Shown one piece after another: positions 32,473 to 41,933 of a stretch of 64,000 nt of DNA. The stretch spans positions 32,001-96,000 of the forward strand of contig CAXFSR010000016.1 of assembly GCA_964005815.1 (NCBI GenBank). The letters run 5' to 3'. Under the pieces are notes generated by a model that was given only the letters and a program-made list of their open reading frames with translations, made no database searches and was not told the origin of the DNA. A program made the position numbers and the translations under genes. How positions within the stretch are numbered: position 1 is the stretch's first letter; the number at the start of each line of letters is the position of its first letter. The stretch comes from an uncultured Nitrospinaceae bacterium. GTDB taxonomy: Bacteria > UBA8248.

Positions 32473-34005
32473 TTAAGTTCCGAAAGCTTTTCCTTTTTGC
32501 GCATTTAGCCGTTTCCAATCTTTAGCGAGCCCTGTGAGAATTCGTGTCCCTACGCCTGTACCTCCAGCAGGCTTATATTCCTTTCTTTTGCTTACATGAG
32601 AAGGGCCAGCAATATCAAGATGCACCCAGGGAGTTCCAACTGTGAAATGTTGTAAGAAAGCAGCTGCGGAATTTGCTCCTCCCCATCGAACACCCGAAAT
32701 ATTACAAAGATCTGCAATTTTTCCCTTCATCATTTTGCCAAATTCTGCATGTAGAGGCATATGCCAAACATGATCTCCAGCAAAATCTCCTTGTTCCCTT
32801 ACCCTTTCAATCAGTTCATCATGTGTCCCATACATTCCTGTTAAGTTTGTTCCAAGTGCTACCATGCATGCGCCGGTTAGCGTCGCAAGATTAATCATGC
32901 ACTGCGGTTTATATTTTGTCTTTGCATAGTGAAGTCCATCAGCAAGAACCAGCCTGCCTTCCGCATCAGTATTATGTATTTCAATAGTAGTGCCTTTCAT
33001 GGACCTAACAATATCACCTGGTCTAGTAGCATTTCCACCAAGCATATTTTCTGCAAGAACTCCAATTCCGACAACAGGAACTTTCGGTTTCAATTGAGCT
33101 ATCGACTTCATCGCTCCAAACACAGCTGCAGATCCACTCATATCAGTAGTCATATTTTCCATCCCTGAACTAGGTTTTACGGAAATACCTCCTGTATCGA
33201 AAGTAATTCCTTTCCCTACAAAAGAAATAGGACGAGTCTTTTTGGTATCTCCATATTCTATTACTACTAGTCTTGGGGGAGCAGAACTTCCTCTTGCTAC
33301 TGCCAAAAAAGCACTCATTTTTAAATCTTTTATTTGTTTTTCATCTAAAATCTTACATCTCAAACCTTCGCGAAGTGCCATGCGACGTACCATTGACGCA
33401 AGAACAGGGGGCCTTTTCTCGTTACTCGGAATATTAATAAGATCCCTAGCATAATTTGTACCATCAGAAAATATTTTTCCTAAAGTGATTCCTTTCTTCA
33501 CACCATTAGAAAATTTTGATCTCACACATACAACTACTTCGTTTATACGATTTTTATCTTTTTCTGATTTCTTACTAGATTTGAAGCGGTCAAAACGATA
33601 ATCGGAAAGAAGAAAACCCTCAGTGATTGACTGACCAAGAACTTGGCTATTTAGTGAAGGAATTATAGAATTAAGATCTACAGCAATATTTGACAATCCT
33701 TCGTATGTAATTTTTTGTGTTACCATTCCACTCGACAACCGAATTTTTTCTGCACCAAAATCTTCTCTTTTGCCAAGTCCAGAAAAAAATAAAGTTTTAG
33801 GGTTAGTTTTGAATTTACCTGAATTAATAAATGTAGTGTAAACTTCACCAGACTTTCCATGAAAGACATTGCGAGATCGAATGTCTAGAAGTTTCTTTTT
33901 AATCGAAGGATTCAATCCTTCTGTAGACATATCATCAAAAATAAATACCACAATCCCATCTAGGTTTTGTACGTTAGATGAGTCATCTCTAATAGTAAAA
34001 CGCAT
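32473..34005 (-). CDS. pepA: Leucyl aminopeptidase, M17
   Basis: VGKGITFDTGG, DMSG, NTDAEGRL, ATLTGA, HLDIAG. Start placed at the ATG at 34005 after AGGAG. Confidence 0.95.
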   Translation of the reverse strand: MRFTIRDDSSNVQNLDGIVVFIFDDMSTEGLNPSIKKKLLDIRSRNVFHGKSGEVYTTFINSGKFKTNPKTLFFSGLGKREDFGAEKIRLSSGMVTQKITYEGLSNIAVDLNSIIPSLNSQVLGQSITEGFLLSDYRFDRFKSSKKSEKDKNRINEVVVCVRSKFSNGVKKGITLGKIFSDGTNYARDLINIPSNEKRPPVLASMVRRMALREGLRCKILDEKQIKDLKMSAFLAVARGSSAPPRLVVIEYGDTKKTRPISFVGKGITFDTGGISVKPSSGMENMTTDMSGSAAVFGAMKSIAQLKPKVPVVGIGVLAENMLGGNATRPGDIVRSMKGTTIEIHNTDAEGRLVLADGLHYAKTKYKPQCMINLATLTGACMVALGTNLTGMYGTHDELIERVREQGDFAGDHVWHMPLHAEFGKMMKGKIADLCNISGVRWGGANSAAAFLQHFTVGTPWVHLDIAGPSHVSKRKEYKPAGGTGVGTRILTGLAKDWKRLNAQKGKAFGT

Positions 34006-34237
34006 TGAATTCTCCTGTTTTTTTTCAACTCTCAACTTAAAAGTAAATTGGATTTAGTTTACATAAGTACATACACCACTTCCACCTAAAGAAGTTTTAT
34101 TATAAAAAACTGCCCAAATAAAATATTATCATAAGACTAAAATTTTTAGATAAAAATTAATTACAAAAACAACTGAGATGTTATATTTGATATAATAATT
34201 AATTAAGCAACTCTAAAACTAACTTTCAGGAGGAAAA

Positions 34238-34672
34238 ATGAGTTTTTACAATTGGGACATGCTTCCAATCTCACCTGACAGACCTGGAATTGTCCATCGA
34301 AGAATTTTTGGAGATGAAATACAAATACAACATCTTATTTCTGAACCGGGTGGAACTGCACCTGATTTGCACAATCATCCTGATCATGAAGAGATTCTAT
34401 ATGTTCAAGCTGGTGAGTGGGAATGCACTCTTGGGAATGAAATTCGAAAAATTGCACCCGGAGACGTTGTACATGTAAAAAAAGGTCAAATGCATACTTT
34501 GGAATTAAAAAGTAACGAACCTGGTATGGTTCTTGAAATTTTTCACCCAATTTTGAATACAGAACTTGCAAATGACAAAGAAAATTTTACTATCGAATCT
34601 ATTAAGAATCGTATGGAATTCCATGAAGAACCAGATGAAATGAATCGTGGAAGACCTCCTGAATTTGTATAA
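34238..34672 (+). CDS. Cupin domain protein
   Basis: HNHPDHEE..G..PGD....KGQMH metal-binding cupin motifs; AGGAGG RBS. Confidence 0.85.
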   Translation: MSFYNWDMLPISPDRPGIVHRRIFGDEIQIQHLISEPGGTAPDLHNHPDHEEILYVQAGEWECTLGNEIRKIAPGDVVHVKKGQMHTLELKSNEPGMVLEIFHPILNTELANDKENFTIESIKNRMEFHEEPDEMNRGRPPEFV

Positions 34673-34806
34673 AATCAAACTGAGATTGCAAGTTTAATAC
34701 TTTTGATCAATTAATTTTTCGTGTACTCTTTTAAATGATTGGATTATTCTTAATTAGATAACATTAATTATACTTTTACATATCCCTTCACGTTTGGAGA
34801 AAAAAG

Positions 34807-36393
34807 ATGACAGAGAGATTTGATGGAGTCCTAATAGGCGGTGGTCATAATAGTCTCGTCTGTGCGGCATACATGGCGAAAGCAGGAAAAAAAGTTGCCG
34901 TTTTGGAACAATCATCAGTCATTGGAGGGGGTTGCTCAACTAGAGAAGTCACCCTACCTGGGTTTAAGCACAATATGCATTCAAATTATTATGTAGGCCT
35001 TGATCGAAGTCCAATTATAAGAGACCTCTCCTTAGATGAGTATGGTTTTAGTATGGTTTTTCCAGAACAACAACAGGGATGTATTTTTAGAGACGGAACT
35101 GCATTTACAATTCATAGAGACGTAGAAAAAACAGTTAAATCTCTTGAGAAAATTAATAAAAAAGATGCTAAAACATACAAGGAATTACATGTAAAATTTA
35201 CAGAAGGCATGCTAGATATCATCACCTCTTTTATGTATTGCGCTCCTCTCCCACCTGATGAAATGAAAGCACGTTTTTCTGGACCGCTAGGAAAAGAGTT
35301 TCTGTCCTATAATAATTTGAGTATGTATGACGCAGTAGATCAGCATTTCGAAGACGAGCGTATTCGTGTTCTTTTTAAACTTTTTCTTGGTTCATTTACT
35401 CTTGAAAATACTCCTGCCACAGGAATTTTTTTCCCACGTATTTTTTCAAGAATAGCAAATTTTGCGTTACCTGTAGGGGGAAGTGCCAATTTCACTAGAG
35501 CATTAGAAAGAGTCATAATACGAGGAGGAGGAAAAACATTTACGAATGCAGAAGTAAAAGAAATTAGTGTAGAAAACCACGAAGCTAATGGTGTTATTCT
35601 TGCGGATAACACAAGAATAGAAGCCAGTGAATTTGTAGCCAGTGGTGTCAACTGGCCTCTTACAGTTAGACTTGCTGGAGAAGATTATTTTGGAGCTGAA
35701 CTTTCGAAAGCAGCTATAGAGTTTAAATGGGCAAGCCATGCACTTTGTACTATACATCTAGCGTTAAAAGAAGCACCAAAATTCACTGCCTCTAAATTTG
35801 AACCTGACATAGAAAAAACTTTCAACATCTTTTGGGGAGCAGATACAACTGAAGAGATTGATGAGTGTTTTGATGAAATTCATGAAGGAAAGCTTCCAAG
35901 ACTGATGGGTAACGGTGGTAGCAATAGTCATTTCGATCCAACTTATTCACCAGACGGAACTCATGTAGGATATTGGTGGCCCTTTGCACCCTTTGAGTTA
36001 AAAGATGAAGGTTCAAAAGGTTGGGAAACACACAGAGAAGAATTTACAGAACATTTTATTAATGAGTGGGGGAAATATTCCCCGAATATCAACTCTGACA
36101 ATATTATGGCAAAGTATTTATACACTCCACATGATATTGTTCAACAAAATCCTAATATGGTCCAAGCAAGTCATCATATTGGTGCTTATATACCAGAACA
36201 ACTTGGCTATAACCGGCCACATCCTAAAGTAAGTAACTTTAGGACTCCAATAAAAAAACTCTTTCTGTGTGGGTCGAGTTCCCACGTTGGAGGTGCTGTA
36301 ACTGGTGCACCTGGGTATAACTGCGCTAATGCTATAACAGACGAGCTCGATATTGAGAAACAATGGACTCCAGTAATTACGCCTGAAATGTAA
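34807..36393 (+). CDS. FAD-dependent oxidoreductase, phytoene-desaturase-like (COG1233/PYROXD2)
   Basis: IGGGHNSL, GGGCST, LPGFKH; C-terminal RTPIKKLFLCGSSSHVGGAVTGAPGYNCA. Confidence 0.88.
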   Translation: MTERFDGVLIGGGHNSLVCAAYMAKAGKKVAVLEQSSVIGGGCSTREVTLPGFKHNMHSNYYVGLDRSPIIRDLSLDEYGFSMVFPEQQQGCIFRDGTAFTIHRDVEKTVKSLEKINKKDAKTYKELHVKFTEGMLDIITSFMYCAPLPPDEMKARFSGPLGKEFLSYNNLSMYDAVDQHFEDERIRVLFKLFLGSFTLENTPATGIFFPRIFSRIANFALPVGGSANFTRALERVIIRGGGKTFTNAEVKEISVENHEANGVILADNTRIEASEFVASGVNWPLTVRLAGEDYFGAELSKAAIEFKWASHALCTIHLALKEAPKFTASKFEPDIEKTFNIFWGADTTEEIDECFDEIHEGKLPRLMGNGGSNSHFDPTYSPDGTHVGYWWPFAPFELKDEGSKGWETHREEFTEHFINEWGKYSPNINSDNIMAKYLYTPHDIVQQNPNMVQASHHIGAYIPEQLGYNRPHPKVSNFRTPIKKLFLCGSSSHVGGAVTGAPGYNCANAITDELDIEKQWTPVITPEM

Positions 36394-36404
36394 TCCTAGA
36401 ATTT

Positions 36405-37181
36405 TTATATTTTTTCTATTTGAAAGACATACCTATTCAAACTGAAGAAGTAGGAACCTTCCGCTCCAAGTATTTTTAGTTCTTTAGCCCAGTCTTTTGC
36501 TATATTTCTTAAACCTTCATCTGCATTAATAACAAATGGCACTATTACACTTATCATCCCGTAACTGAATGAGTCTTCGATATAATCAAGATTAAGTATA
36601 GGATATATCTGCACGTTAGAAATTTTAAATCCTCTTTCTATAAGCTTTGGAGATAGTTTACTTGGAAGGTTAGGGTCAAAAAGATGCTGTTCCCAAACTT
36701 TAAAAATCTGAGTTGCTCTCTCTTTATCTCTGGCATTCCAAACTAAAGAATCCCAATCCGTGTCCATTATTAAAGCACGTCCCCCTGGCTTTAATACTCG
36801 AAAAAGTTCCGAGAGTGCACCTTTAATTTCGGAAACATATTCATAAACTTGGCTAACAACGACTGCATCAAACTCTGAATCAGGAAAAGGAAGTGAAGTA
36901 GCACTTGCTTTCTTAAAAGTTACCGAGGATAAGTCAGAACATCTTTTTCTAGCAATTTCAAGCATAAATTCGCTATTATCTATTCCTATAATTTCACTTT
37001 CACCATCAACGAATTCGGAAATTTCTTTCGTTAAAAACCCTGGACCGACACCTAAATCTAAGATTTTTTCTCCTTTTACAGGCGCTAACAATTCCAAAAT
37101 TTTTTTTCTCTGTGTCACAATATCTGTTGTAGAATATACAGATTCAACTCTTTTTGACGCTTTCTCATCAAAACTAGACAT
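36405..37181 (-). CDS. Class I SAM-dependent methyltransferase
   Basis: LDLGVGPG, GIDNS, LPFPDSEFD, RVLKPGG, DTDW. Confidence 0.88.
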   Translation of the reverse strand: MSSFDEKASKRVESVYSTTDIVTQRKKILELLAPVKGEKILDLGVGPGFLTKEISEFVDGESEIIGIDNSEFMLEIARKRCSDLSSVTFKKASATSLPFPDSEFDAVVVSQVYEYVSEIKGALSELFRVLKPGGRALIMDTDWDSLVWNARDKERATQIFKVWEQHLFDPNLPSKLSPKLIERGFKISNVQIYPILNLDYIEDSFSYGMISVIVPFVINADEGLRNIAKDWAKELKILGAEGSYFFSLNRYVFQIEKI

Positions 37182-37217
37182 TTTACTTGAATCCCCTGAT
37201 AATTTGAGCTTAAAAAT

Positions 37218-37985
37218 TTAACATCTTTCGTATTTCAACCAAGAAACAGAACCTAAGCGTTCAAATCCAATCCTTTCAAAAACTTTTCTAGAATTATGAT
37301 TTTGATTTACAATATAACAGAAGACCGGAACTCCTTTTTGAATTTGTTTTTCTGTTAAACGTGAAATTATCGATGAAGCCAATCCCTTTCTCCTATGAAT
37401 TTCTTGAGTAAAAAGCATTCCTATAGAACCATTCAGATGAACTAACATATAAGAAATTAAAACTTTGTTTTTTTTGATAGATACACTCGGACCAGCAGAG
37501 ATACATTGCAGAACATATTCGTCGTCTATATCATAGGAAGTATTTTCAACTACTTCAAAAGCGTCGTCCTCGTTCAAAGACTGAATATCAGCTTTTATTT
37601 CCACCGGCATAAATTTTTTAGGATGAAGATAAAATAACCCACATCCTACTTCTCTGACCAAAGAAAAATCTGGGATTTCCTTAGGGACAAGATTTTTGGG
37701 CAAGGATGATACTCTAATTTCAAAATTTGGACATGAATCATCACTTAAATTACGAACCAGCTTGCTCAGATACACTCCACAATCAAAAGATTCACTATTG
37801 CCCAGAACGTGAAACGACCCTCGAAAGAAAAGAATTGCAACTTTTGGGCTTTTAACATTATCCAACCATAAAATTACTTTCTGGTTTTCAAGCAAATTCT
37901 TGAAATGCAAATTATAAGGCCAATTGAGTTTATACAACCTATTTAAATCTAAACTTAAAGGATCCTTGCATAGGACCAAATCCAT
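37218..37985 (-). CDS. GNAT N-acetyltransferase (FR47-like C-domain)
   Basis: HRRKGLA acetyl-CoA motif; N..SRKVFERIGF. Confidence 0.75.
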   Translation of the reverse strand: MDLVLCKDPLSLDLNRLYKLNWPYNLHFKNLLENQKVILWLDNVKSPKVAILFFRGSFHVLGNSESFDCGVYLSKLVRNLSDDSCPNFEIRVSSLPKNLVPKEIPDFSLVREVGCGLFYLHPKKFMPVEIKADIQSLNEDDAFEVVENTSYDIDDEYVLQCISAGPSVSIKKNKVLISYMLVHLNGSIGMLFTQEIHRRKGLASSIISRLTEKQIQKGVPVFCYIVNQNHNSRKVFERIGFERLGSVSWLKYERC

Positions 37986-38173
37986 AAAACAATTCCATGA
38001 TTAAAAAATAAATTTGCAAGCTTTTTACATTACACAAAAATTAAGTTAAAAAGTAGTTGGAGGACTTTTAAGTCTATCAGTTTCGTTCATATTATCAACA
38101 GTACCATAAGACCAACTTTTCATAATATGGTTTTTGAGAGAAATCTAATTGTTTTTTAGAGGGGATTCAAGTT

Positions 38174-39013
38174 TTGACTAATACGATTCATTTAGCACAT
38201 AGTCCAGATTCAGACGACGCATTTATGTTCCATGCTTTAGCAAATGGGAAAATAGATACTGGAGATTTAGAATTTATTCATGAACTGAAGGATATAGAGA
38301 CACTGAACCAAGCAGCTATGGAAGAAAAATATGAAGTAACCGCTGTCAGTTTTCATGCATATACCTATATTGCCGAAAAATATGCAATTCTTCCTCATGG
38401 CGCAAGTTTTGGAGATAATTATGGACCAGTAATTATTTCTTCAGAACCAATGAAGAAGGAAGACCTGAAAGACTGTCGTATTGCAATCCCAGGGTTATTG
38501 ACTACTGCATATCTCACACTAAAAATTTACCTAGAAGGTGCTGAATTAACTCAAAGAGCAATCCCTTTTGATGAAATCATGGATAACGTAAAAAATGGCA
38601 ATGTAGATGCAGGGGTCATAATTCATGAAGGACAACTTACTTTCGAAGAAGAGGGTTTTCACTTAGTTGAAGACCTAGGCAAATGGTGGAAGAAAGAAAC
38701 TGGGGGACCTCTTCCTCTTGGTTGCAATGTTATCAGAAAAGATCTAGGAGAAGATAAAATAAGACAAATTAGCAATCTTCTTCATCAAAGTATTATTTAC
38801 AGTTTAGAAAATAGAGAAGAAGCATTAGATCATGCCATGCAGTATTCAAGAGACTTGCCTAGAGAAAAAGCAGATCAATTTGTCGGGATGTATGTCAACA
38901 ACTGGACTAGAGAATATAACCAAACTTCTATTAGGGCTGTCACTCAAATTTTAGAAAAAGCACACGACCTAAAAATTATCCCTAAAAAAATAGAACCCGA
39001 GTTCACGAGTTAG
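38174..39013 (+). CDS. mqnD: 1,4-dihydroxy-6-naphthoate synthase (futalosine pathway)
   Basis: HSPDSDDAFMF, DIETLN, YGP, IIHEGQ, PLPLG, MYVN. Confidence 0.88.
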   Translation: MTNTIHLAHSPDSDDAFMFHALANGKIDTGDLEFIHELKDIETLNQAAMEEKYEVTAVSFHAYTYIAEKYAILPHGASFGDNYGPVIISSEPMKKEDLKDCRIAIPGLLTTAYLTLKIYLEGAELTQRAIPFDEIMDNVKNGNVDAGVIIHEGQLTFEEEGFHLVEDLGKWWKKETGGPLPLGCNVIRKDLGEDKIRQISNLLHQSIIYSLENREEALDHAMQYSRDLPREKADQFVGMYVNNWTREYNQTSIRAVTQILEKAHDLKIIPKKIEPEFTS

Positions 39014-39063
39014 ATTTCTAATTTGTATTGCTCTTCTTTATTTAAATTAAAGAGGAAACAATC

Positions 39064-39504
39064 ATTACTGATCTTCAATTATTCCAAACTGCGATAATAC
39101 CCTGGAGAAACAACAAAGATTTCAAAGAGGTATTACTAATCTCAACAAGAATTCTGGGAGCAGGACAAGAAAAACAATGGATAATTCCCCAAGGAGATAT
39201 AGAACCCTGGCAGACACCTCAAGAAGCTGCCATAAATGAAGCATGGGAAGAAGCTGGAGTAAGAGGTAAGATTGAGAAAAATCCTATAACATTCTTTACT
39301 TACAAGAATCAAAGAATCAAGTACAAAGTATTCTGCTATCCATTAGAAGTAATTGAAGAAACAAACGATTGGCCAGAAAAAAAAGAAAGAAGTAGAATGT
39401 GGATTAATATTTCAGAAATAGAAAGTAAAATAAAAAATCAAAAATTAAGAAGAGTATTTAAAAGATTTAGAATTTCCATGGAAAAAAATGAAAGAAAATT
39501 TTAA
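39064..39504 (+). CDS. NUDIX hydrolase (DIPP/Ap6A-like) with a non-canonical start
   Basis: Absent from the ORF track. The open frame reads QTAIIPWRNNKDFKEVLLISTR..WIIPQGDIEPWQTPQEAAINEAWEEAGVRG..DWPEKKERSRMW. There is an in-frame TAA at 39043, and GAGG precedes ATC at 39061 and ATT at 39064. Confidence 0.85.
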   Translation: MTDLQLFQTAIIPWRNNKDFKEVLLISTRILGAGQEKQWIIPQGDIEPWQTPQEAAINEAWEEAGVRGKIEKNPITFFTYKNQRIKYKVFCYPLEVIEETNDWPEKKERSRMWINISEIESKIKNQKLRRVFKRFRISMEKNERKF

Positions 39505-40024
39505 GACAATTACATTTAAAGAAAAATATGGCGAAGAATCAGAAAAAAATTCTGACTTAAACTTTGCTCTAAAACTTCTTGAAAAAGCCGAAATTGCACA
39601 TCAATCAAATGACTTAGAAAATGCAATTAATCTTTACAAAGAATCGATTAAATCTTTTCCCACAGCTGATGCACATACATACCTGGGATGGATGTACAGT
39701 CTTCAAGGGAATCTTGAAGAGGCAATTGTAGAATGTCATAAAGCAATAAAAATCGATCCTGATTTTGGAAATCCATATAACGATATTGGATGTTATTTGA
39801 TGCAGAAAAAAGAATTCGACAACTCATTGCCTTGGTTTAATCAAGCCAAAAAGGCAGCCCGTTATGAACCAAGACATTTCCCATATTTAAATGCCAGCAG
39901 GGTAAAGTTAATTCAAGGGAAACATGGGCAAGCTAAACACGAACTTCACCAAGCACTTATGAGAGAACCTGACGATGAAAATCTAAAAAATAAGTTCAGA
40001 GAATTAGTTTCACTACTCAATTGA
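39488..40024 (+). CDS. Tetratricopeptide repeat protein
   Basis: TPR pattern AHTYLGWMY..AIKIDPDFGNPYNDIG. Confidence 0.85.
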   Translation: MKENFKTITFKEKYGEESEKNSDLNFALKLLEKAEIAHQSNDLENAINLYKESIKSFPTADAHTYLGWMYSLQGNLEEAIVECHKAIKIDPDFGNPYNDIGCYLMQKKEFDNSLPWFNQAKKAARYEPRHFPYLNASRVKLIQGKHGQAKHELHQALMREPDDENLKNKFRELVSLLN

Positions 40025-40053
40025 ATTCTCGGTAAAACTTTAAGTCTATTTTC

Positions 40054-40500
40054 CTACTCCCCAATTTTACCTCTCTTGTCTTCGTCCATCCATGCATCTT
40101 CAACATATATGGTCCTCGCAGCATCTCTATTAGGACAATTTCCATATGTAAATACTAATTCTGCGTCCTCTGTCTCACTTGGATTGTAAAGACCATGTAT
40201 TTCTCCAGCAGCAGCAAACACAAATGTCCCGGGCTTGACTGTAAATTCTTCTTTTTCCTCTCCCATCCATACAACAATAGGACCTTTAACTATAAAAAAT
40301 GTAGCGTCGCAAATATGGTAGTGTCTCTGATTTCTCGCTTTTGGTGGAATTATAGTTCTTCCCATAGTTATTGTACTTGTTCCAACAGCATGACTATCAA
40401 CACCCCAAGCAATAACTAAAGGAGGTTCATATTTTGTATCAGCACCAATTTCGGTTGAGTCAATCAAAGCCCAACGATGTTTTTTAGATTTAGTAGCCAT
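40054..40500 (-). CDS. Cupin domain protein
   Basis: RHYH..G..PGTFV....GEIH. Confidence 0.8.
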   Translation of the reverse strand: MATKSKKHRWALIDSTEIGADTKYEPPLVIAWGVDSHAVGTSTITMGRTIIPPKARNQRHYHICDATFFIVKGPIVVWMGEEKEEFTVKPGTFVFAAAGEIHGLYNPSETEDAELVFTYGNCPNRDAARTIYVEDAWMDEDKRGKIGE

Positions 40501-40592
40501 TTTTCCCCTTTCATAAACAATAATTTAAAATTCATTGCACTCTATCACAACATTAAAAACATATTAAATTAACTTAAAAAAAAGTTGACTCT

Positions 40593-41933
40593 TTAGAAGC
40601 TCGAATCATAAATTCCGCTAAAATTGTATGCCTCGTCTAGCAAAACAATTGGATGAATAACTCTCAGATCCATCCCACCTCTCCTGGAACCATAATCTAT
40701 TTGTATCTGACAACCAGGATTACCAGTACAGACAATTTCAGCACCTGTAGAAACAATGTTGTCCATCTTTCTGTCTAATAATCTCATGGAGAGATCTGTG
40801 TGTGTCAGATTATAACTTCCTGCAGAACCGCAACACCAATCACTTTCAGGAAGAATACTCAACTTAAGATTTTCTATAGAATTAAGAACTTCGATAGGTT
40901 GTGACCTAACTTTCAACGAATGATATAGATGACATGCATGATGATATGTAATGTTATGGTCCTTTGGAAGACGCACTTTGTGCAAGGGAATCGTAGATAA
41001 AAAATCCATTACATCCATTACTTTTTTTCCAAAAGACAGTGCATCTTGAGAAATTGACTTCTCATGAAACAATAAATTACCATAGTCCCTTAGCATGGCC
41101 CCACATCCTGATACAGCCAAAACGATTGCATCGATTTTTCTTAAATCATCAAAGGCACCAATATTCTCTTTTGCAAGAATTCTCGCAGTTTCTCTATCAC
41201 CAGCGTGTGCTTGTAACGCGCCACAACAAGTTTGAGATTTTGGAAAAACGACATCTACTCCGTTTGCCCTTAAAACACGAGCAGCAGCAAGATTAACTTC
41301 ATTAAATAAAACAGACTGTATACAACCTGAAAAGAATGCAACTTTGTATTTTGCATTCTTATTTTCCTCTTTTTCTGTTGGCTGTGAAATCATAGTTGAA
41401 ATAGCAGGTATTTCTGGCATCATTGGTTCTAAATCATCAATTTTTTTTGGCAATAAAGATAATTTTTTTACAAGCCTTCTAAGAAAAGTGTTCTGATATA
41501 CCCAAGTTAAAATACAAAAGAATTGTAAAAACAACCGATTTGGTAATAGCCAACGGAATAGAAAACGTCTAAACAATCTAGCAACCAGACTTCTATTCCT
41601 AACTTTTTCTAACCCCTCACGTGCAGACTCGATAAGAGAACTATACTCTACTCCTGAAGGACAGGCTGTTTCACAAGCTCTGCAATCCAAACATCGATCA
41701 AGATGTTTAATGACTGTATTGTTTATACTTATCTCTCCATCTTTTACCATTTTAATCAGATATATTCTTCCTCTTGGAGAATCCATTTCGTTGCCTAGCA
41801 ATGAATATGTGGGACAACTAGTAGTACAGAACCCACAATGGATACATTTTTGAATTATTTCTCTATCGGGACCTAGATCGCCAAGAAAAGGATTTTGTTC
41901 TACTAGACCTAACTCTTTGAGTTTAGAATTCAT
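40593..41933 (-). CDS. glcF: Glycolate oxidase-type Fe-S subunit
   Basis: CIHCGFCTTSCPTY, SPRGRI, CLDCRACETACPSGV, two CCG domains. Confidence 0.92.
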   Translation of the reverse strand: MNSKLKELGLVEQNPFLGDLGPDREIIQKCIHCGFCTTSCPTYSLLGNEMDSPRGRIYLIKMVKDGEISINNTVIKHLDRCLDCRACETACPSGVEYSSLIESAREGLEKVRNRSLVARLFRRFLFRWLLPNRLFLQFFCILTWVYQNTFLRRLVKKLSLLPKKIDDLEPMMPEIPAISTMISQPTEKEENKNAKYKVAFFSGCIQSVLFNEVNLAAARVLRANGVDVVFPKSQTCCGALQAHAGDRETARILAKENIGAFDDLRKIDAIVLAVSGCGAMLRDYGNLLFHEKSISQDALSFGKKVMDVMDFLSTIPLHKVRLPKDHNITYHHACHLYHSLKVRSQPIEVLNSIENLKLSILPESDWCCGSAGSYNLTHTDLSMRLLDRKMDNIVSTGAEIVCTGNPGCQIQIDYGSRRGGMDLRVIHPIVLLDEAYNFSGIYDSSF

